A DNA stretch of 61,811 nt, the filler included. It is 12 parts of 12 records of this genome, joined end to end, with 100 filler letters (N's around TTAATTAATTAA, not from the genome) between each part and the next. Parts side by side here need not be neighbours in the genome. Positions count along the whole stretch, not along the records: positions 55,758 to 61,811 come from SRR15195285_12735; 11 more parts are not named here. One strand, given 5' to 3'. A program made the position numbers and the translations under genes. Below, one piece after another: positions 55,783-61,811 of the stretch; the first letter of the stretch is position 1; each line of letters begins with the position of its first letter. The notes under the pieces are model-generated. The model had not been told where the DNA came from and did no database searches. It saw nothing but the letters and a program-made list of their open reading frames with translations.

Positions 55783-58700
55783 CACGAGCTGTATAAAAGT
55801 ATCACCCACCTGAGCCAACCACGACGGCATCGTCTTTGCTGTGCCGCCATCATTCCTAGAACAGCCTTTCCCATGCGAGCGCTGGTCGACTTGTCTGCTG
55901 TAGAATTGCATCCAGGCCTCACTCACAGTCAAGGCCGAGCTGAGGCACACACTACTCGACCGCTGAACTGCAGTATCAGATCTTCGTTCCCTCTCTTGTT
56001 GCTGTGGTTGCGTGGCTCTTGTAGCTTCTTTGGATGACAGCTGCAGCCGAGGCACGGACGATGCGACAGCGACCGATACCGACAAAGCATTCAACAGATA
56101 TCCATGGTTGCTTGCCCAATGAGCACATAGCGTCCCAATAGTGCTTATGTTGCTGCCACTGCTATAGGTCTTTTTGGAGTGTTGCTGCTGTAGATTGGTG
56201 ACGTGATCACGCCACCCAGCCGACGCAATTGCCCAATTGGCAGCTGCATCCATCACCATCGTGGCCCAGCGCAACGGTCGGTGACGGTTTTGCTGCCTTT
56301 GCACCTGTTGCCACAATTCACCAAAACGTCCAGTGCTACTGGCATCGCCGACCAGCACATCGATGGAACTAGTGCGCTTGTCAGTCCCGTAGATTTGACC
56401 ATTCCCAAGCTGAGCGTGAATCACCCACAAGACTCTGAGGCCTGCCTGTACCACCATATCCAGCCATCGTCGGCGCTGCTCCTCAACTGCGGCAGCAGTG
56501 GCAGCGCTTACGGTGCTGCCACTGCTAGTAGTTCGTCGTCCTGCCAGTAATGATGTCGGATCACTACTAACGACGCCACTGCTGCTACTGAGGTCAAACG
56601 GTGCATACCGTAGGCGATGGCAAAGCAAAGCAACTGTCAGCTCCCCTATGTTGCAGTACATACCATGCCGCTCCATTAGCAAGGCATAAGCAGACCGCCC
56701 CTCAGCCTCACCAGCAGACGCACTACCATCAGTTTCGACCCGACCCACTGTCGCTACTGGTTCTGTCTCTGTCGTTGGCGACGTTTGCAGGTCTTGTTTC
56801 ACTTGCGTCAGCACCTCTACAGTGCGTTGCAGCTCTACACGGGCATACACCTGCCGAAGAACTTGCACCTTTGGGCGATTGCCGACACTACCAGCTGCCG
56901 CTGATCCCGCGATTGAGGACGAAGAGCCCAGCTTCTGATCTCTGGCGCTATGATCTTTCTCTTGGTCTGTTCTGAGGCTATTTCGAGCACCTGAGGTCGC
57001 GTCAGTACTCCCACGTGCTGTCACTTCTGTCTGTTGCCGGATCTTCCCTTCCTGCGCTGCTTGTGCTGCCTGCAGGCGCTCGCGCTCAGTTGGCAAAGGC
57101 ACTTCGAAATCCAGTAGCATTCTCAGCTTTGCTGCAGTAGCGCGCAAGACATGGTTGTACCTCAGCAGCTGCGCTGGCGCACTCAACGGCTGATTGCGTG
57201 CGTCTGCTACTACTGGTTCTGGTGACGACTGGTTGGCATTCAGCTGCAGCAGCGCAAGACGGTGTGCAGTGCGAGCTGCTGCGCCCACTTTGCGACGGCT
57301 GCTATCCGCACGCTTTAAGGCACCGTCAAAAGCTACCCCTGCTCTATCTGCAGCAGCATGCTGCTCATCATGCAGTCCGTGTTCAGCTTGTGCTCCTGCT
57401 GCGCGCGACAAGTGCTGAAGCAGTGCCGGGTCAGTGCCTGCCGGTGCAAGGCAGGTCAACGCCGGCTCTACCTTGGTAGCCACGGCCTGTTGTACCGTCT
57501 GTTTCACTGAAGCTGCGGCCTGTCTCTTTGCCTGTTCCCTCATCGTCGCGGCCAGGCGATCAACCTCCCGACTGTCGTATGGCAAGCCATCCATCACAAT
57601 CATATCGTGGAGGCAAGAGGCCGCACGAGTGGCTTGCGCCTCCGCACTCTGAAGTGCAGCACCAATGGCATGTTTCGCAACAGTGGAGACCACAAAATTC
57701 AGTGAGGTAGTGAGCTCCGGCTCGGCGGTGCACATCTGCTCTAGCAGCTCTGCCTGCTTCTTGGCTTGTTCAACTTTGGACGGTGAGGGTCCTGCTGTGC
57801 TGCCAAAAGGGCTGAGCGACAGCGAGCCATGTGGGTTGGCGCTATCGATGTTTCTGATATGGCCACCATGGCTGGATGAGACCAGGCTCGTAACTCGAAT
57901 CTTTCGCATCGACATCGATCTCTCCGCAAGCGTCTGCAAACTCACCACAGCAGCAGGGCGCGGTGTGGTTGGTTTTGAGCGTCTGCCAGAACGGTGAGTG
58001 CCATCACCGCCACCGCTCCCTCCTCGAACAAGCGACTGTGCCCCAGCAAGCATCTTTGCGCTCTCGCTAAGTTCAGGAGAGAAATGCACCAGCACGTTCT
58101 CACCAATCAAACTAACCACGCCATCCAGACACAGATTGAACTCGGCAATATCACCACCACTGCTGCTGGTTGCCGTCGTAGCAGTGTTTGTTACGTTAGG
58201 TGTAGTCTCCGACAGCAGTACCGCGTGCCGAGCACGTCGTAGTTGATTGTCGAGGGCCTCACAGCGCTCTGCGCGCTGTAGCTCGTCTGAGCGACGATAA
58301 GCTGCAGCAGTGGCAGGTAAGTCAGCCAGCCCACAAGCTTCGCTGGCTGTCCGCAATGCAAACAGTGCTGACGACTTTGATGCCGAATGCCCAACCGGAC
58401 TCGGTAAATTGACTGTCTGACGCAAGAAGTCTTCTAGCAGCGCAACTACACAGAGCCGAGTGTGATTGAGCGTGCTGTTGAGGGTTGTTGCTCTTTCCAT
58501 GCAGCCTACGCCGTCCGTCACCCCCAGCTCTTGCTCATCGCGCAGGTTGTTTAAGCGCGACCCGTCTGCTTTCATGTGTGTCAGCTGACGCGATATGGAA
58601 CGTAAGGTGGGCAGCACTTCGCCCTGTATGTAGTGGGTATGATAGGATGGTAGATCGAAAGCCATCATACGCAAGTACTCCAAGACCCACGGCACTGTCA

Positions 58701-61700
58701 GAGACAAGCTACCCTGGTAAGATGCGCGCAGAACGTACTGCAGCACATCAAAGTAGCCAGGAACAGCTGCACTGCGCTGTGCAATGCTCTCGTGGTCGTT
58801 TCTCGCCGCAACAAACTCCGGACTGCTTGCCCCTTTCCCACCTGTAGCAGCACTTGGTGACGCCACCCACTGCCCATGCTGCACCGAGGTGAAACGTAGC
58901 CATCCTAGGAATTTTGCACACACTGTCAATTTAATTAGCCGTTCCGGGAAGTCTGTCACGACAATTTTGTGATCAAAGTCACTCTGAGCATTGGCGCCAG
59001 CTTCCTTTTTCTGCTTATCCTCCTCGTTGTCCTGCCCATCCAGCTCTTGCTGCTTGGCCGTCTCCTGCGGCTGCGAATTTTGAGCACGTGGGGTCGCGAC
59101 GGTTGTGGTGCTTGGGCAGCAAAGCTCATCGATTTTTGCTGCGAGTGATCGCGCTAGCACTTCACTGAATCGGTGCGACTCTGCTGAGAACAAGAACCGA
59201 AAGAAAAACGCTTGCTTGCCAGCAAACAGCCCAAGCTCTGGTGCGTCTTCAGGATTAGGTAGGTCAACTGAAGTTGCTAGTGCGCCGTTGCCTCGTGTGC
59301 GACCACCCCCGCTACCACCCTGGTTTCCACTGCGTCGGTTATTGTTGTTGCCACCGCTGCGGTTGCTTTTCTGGTTGTTGGGCCTTCTATTGTTTGCCGA
59401 AGATGACAATGTCTTCTTTCCACCCCCGTTTTCACCTGCATGTCGTTGGTTGTTGCCGCCGCCGCGACCACTGCGAGACGAGTAACTTGTTTGGTTGCCA
59501 TTTCCTCCATGCATGCCATCCTTGCCTGACGTCTTCCTGCCGGTTAGCTCTGCAACTGTTGCTGAACCACTCCCGCTGCCGCCACTGCTACTGCTAATGA
59601 TGCTCCCGCCACCCGTTCCTACGGCCCCACCGCCCATTCTTTGTGCAAGTGAAGCAGTCTTGTCTGCATTGGTGTTAAGCCTGCTGAGCTGGGAGGATAC
59701 ATCCTCATCACCCTCAGTGAAAGCTGATGTCAGAAGCTCACATTGGAAAAATTGAACAAACCACGCGTAATTCTCCAATGCCAATGCAGATACTGCTGGG
59801 TGCTCAACAGATCGGCCGTCCCTGCTGCTGCGAATCTCGGGTCCGCCATGAAGGAAGCGCGGTATTGCCTCCTGCAGTTGACGATCCAACTCTGCTCGCT
59901 TTTCTGCGGTGCTGAATGGCGTCTCAAACGCTTTCTGCATCTTCTTAAACTCATCGCGTTTCTTCTCTCGGTTGTTGAAAAGCCATTCGCGGGTCTTCCA
60001 GCGATTCTTATCGTCGACTTCCGCAAAGAATTGAGCTGAAACGGACGCATTAGGCAAACGTTCTAGCCCTAGGTAGTCGTAATGCTTCGCTTCAAGGGCA
60101 GCAGCAGCAGCCGCACGCACGGCATTGTCGTGGGCATGTACCATCCGCTCTAGGAGGCCGGGAAATACGCGACATGGCACATCGCCTCTGCTGCGACTGA
60201 CACTCCCAAGCAAATCCGGCAGCAGTGATAACAGTGTCCCAAGCATGGAAGGCCCAAGATTCACTAACACTGTCTCTGCAGCTTCGATCACAGATCCAAG
60301 GAAAATCGAGCAAGCTCCGCGAGACCGCAACATCATAGGCATTACTGACTTCGCAGTCTTCTCGATTTGCTGCGGGCTCCGTTCCTGGTGAACGCCCGGC
60401 CCGTCTAGCGTAGCACGACTGTCGCCATCTGGCGACAGCTGCTTTGCCTCTGATTTAGCATTGCGTTGTGGCTCACCATGAGCTAAGTCAATCGCAACCC
60501 ACTCTGCGCACTGGTCATTATCGGAAGATTTAACGCTATTCTTACGACCATACTGTGCACTAGTGTCATCCCAACCGTCAACATCAGTTTCTTCACCGCC
60601 ACTGCCACTACCACAGCCAGCACCCGAATGCGAGTGAGAGGCCGCTGGTGACATTTGCATTGACAACGGCTTGCGTAAGGTGTTGACGATCAACCGACAG
60701 AGCAAATTAATCTCCACCGCCACCCGCGGCACAAGGCCATGCTTGAGCGCCGCACCGTACACATGGCCAAGCGCCCGCAACGCTCCCCACTGTGGGATCG
60801 ATTCCATTTGGACCATCGCCGCCAATGAGAACGAGCCTGCACCTGCGCTGCCGCCAACCTGCCCAAGGCCAAAACCATCGCCTGGCCCTACGATGAATCT
60901 GCCAGACCTACTAGGGTCGGTGCTGCTAAGGCTTGGTGTTGTGGGGGACGGCATAGAAGACGAAGTCATCGATGCAGCCGGCGTCGGCATTTGGGTGGTG
61001 AATAGAGTCGTTGCAATACCACCAACACCACCGACAAAGTTGTGGCTGTGACTTTCCTCCTCCCGATGCTGCTGCTTCGGCGAAGATGAAGAAGGCGACA
61101 GAGGTGAATGTTCTGCCGGTACCGGTGCTGGTGTTGGCGCGGCAACTAGACTTTCGGTAACAGGGGCAGGGGCAGGGCCGAGCGAGAATCCAGACAGTGA
61201 CGCCATGTACCCAATCCTGTCGTCGGACGGTCGACGTGCTGATGGCGACAGCGTCATATCCTGATCAGTACCATCACCGGCGGCGGCATCGTCCTCATGT
61301 CTCGCGCTGGTCTTCAAGTCCACATTCCATTGACTGTTAAGCTGCCGAGTTGACGGCGGCGGTGGTGTTTGTACCTGCTTCTCTGCTGCCCATGCTGCAG
61401 GTGGGGTGATGTCATAATACCCTGAACTGCTGTCACGATTGCTGCTACTCCCCATCATCATCTGTGGATCTACTGAGCGCCGACCAGACGCCTCATTGAT
61501 CGGATTGTACGCCAGTGACATGAACTCCTCTCTGACACCGCCTGAACCCTCGTGGACTCCGCCTGAACCAAAGCCCACAGCACCCTCCTCCCGATGACCA
61601 CCGCTAGGAAGAGGACAGCTGTCGATCGAATCGACTGCCAGCAAAAGACCTGATGACAATCCGCCGGGCAAGTTTGCGGCTTCTCCGCCACGCACATCTA

Positions 61701-61811
61701 AGTTTAGAGGCCGTAGGTGCTCGTCAGGAGGCGTCGGTGCACGCAGCTGCAGCGGCAGAACTGGCTTGTTACTGGACAGCGTAGGCTCTGGCTCCGGCTC
61801 CGGCTCCGGCT
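55758..61811 (-). CDS. CDAN1: Codanin-1 (CDAN1/Discs lost)-like protein; open at both ends
   Basis: FNNREKKRDEF, ENYAWFVQFFQCELL, QAFFFRFLFSAESHRF, AKFLGWLRF and SLTVPWVLEYLRMM match codanin-1 conserved blocks. The frame is continuous for about 2000 codons with long low-complexity inserts. Confidence 0.75.

Overview
This window is not one locus. It is 12 short contigs joined by identical 100-nt artificial linkers (N44-TTAATTAATTAA-N44), so adjacency is only meaningful within a contig: 1-4231, 4332-8218, 8319-18374, 18475-21610, 21711-25753, 25854-32218, 32319-36789, 36890-42949, 43050-47998, 48099-52356, 52457-55657 and 55758-61811. The DNA comes from a GC-rich microbial eukaryote. Many genes are split by short (~70-180 nt) GT-AG introns, often with CTGAC/CTAAC branch points, which I could splice by hand into continuous frames. 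Recognisable genes are TOP2, a KDM5/JARID1 demethylase, a codanin-1-like protein, a CPA1 Na+/H+ exchanger, an ANK-LRR-Roc (Roco) protein, LRRC9-like and CCSAP-like ciliary proteins, three secreted glycoside-hydrolase-like proteins, a PhyH-HEAT dioxygenase, a sulfotransferase-like protein, a WD40 pseudogene and a Tc1/mariner remnant. The standout is contig 8319-18374, a candidate cell-surface iron/redox cluster. A FRO-type ferric reductase and a secreted FEA1/ISIP2a (phytotransferrin-like) gene are transcribed divergently from an ~890-bp promoter that carries a 27-bp element once per gene (26/27 identical, inverted) plus three CGCACATTCCG motifs. Tail-to-tail with the reductase lies a ~1094-aa membrane-anchored protein: a degenerate beta-propeller phytase with two Cu-only SOD domains inserted into its loops. 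All family calls are from motif recognition by eye; no searches were run.
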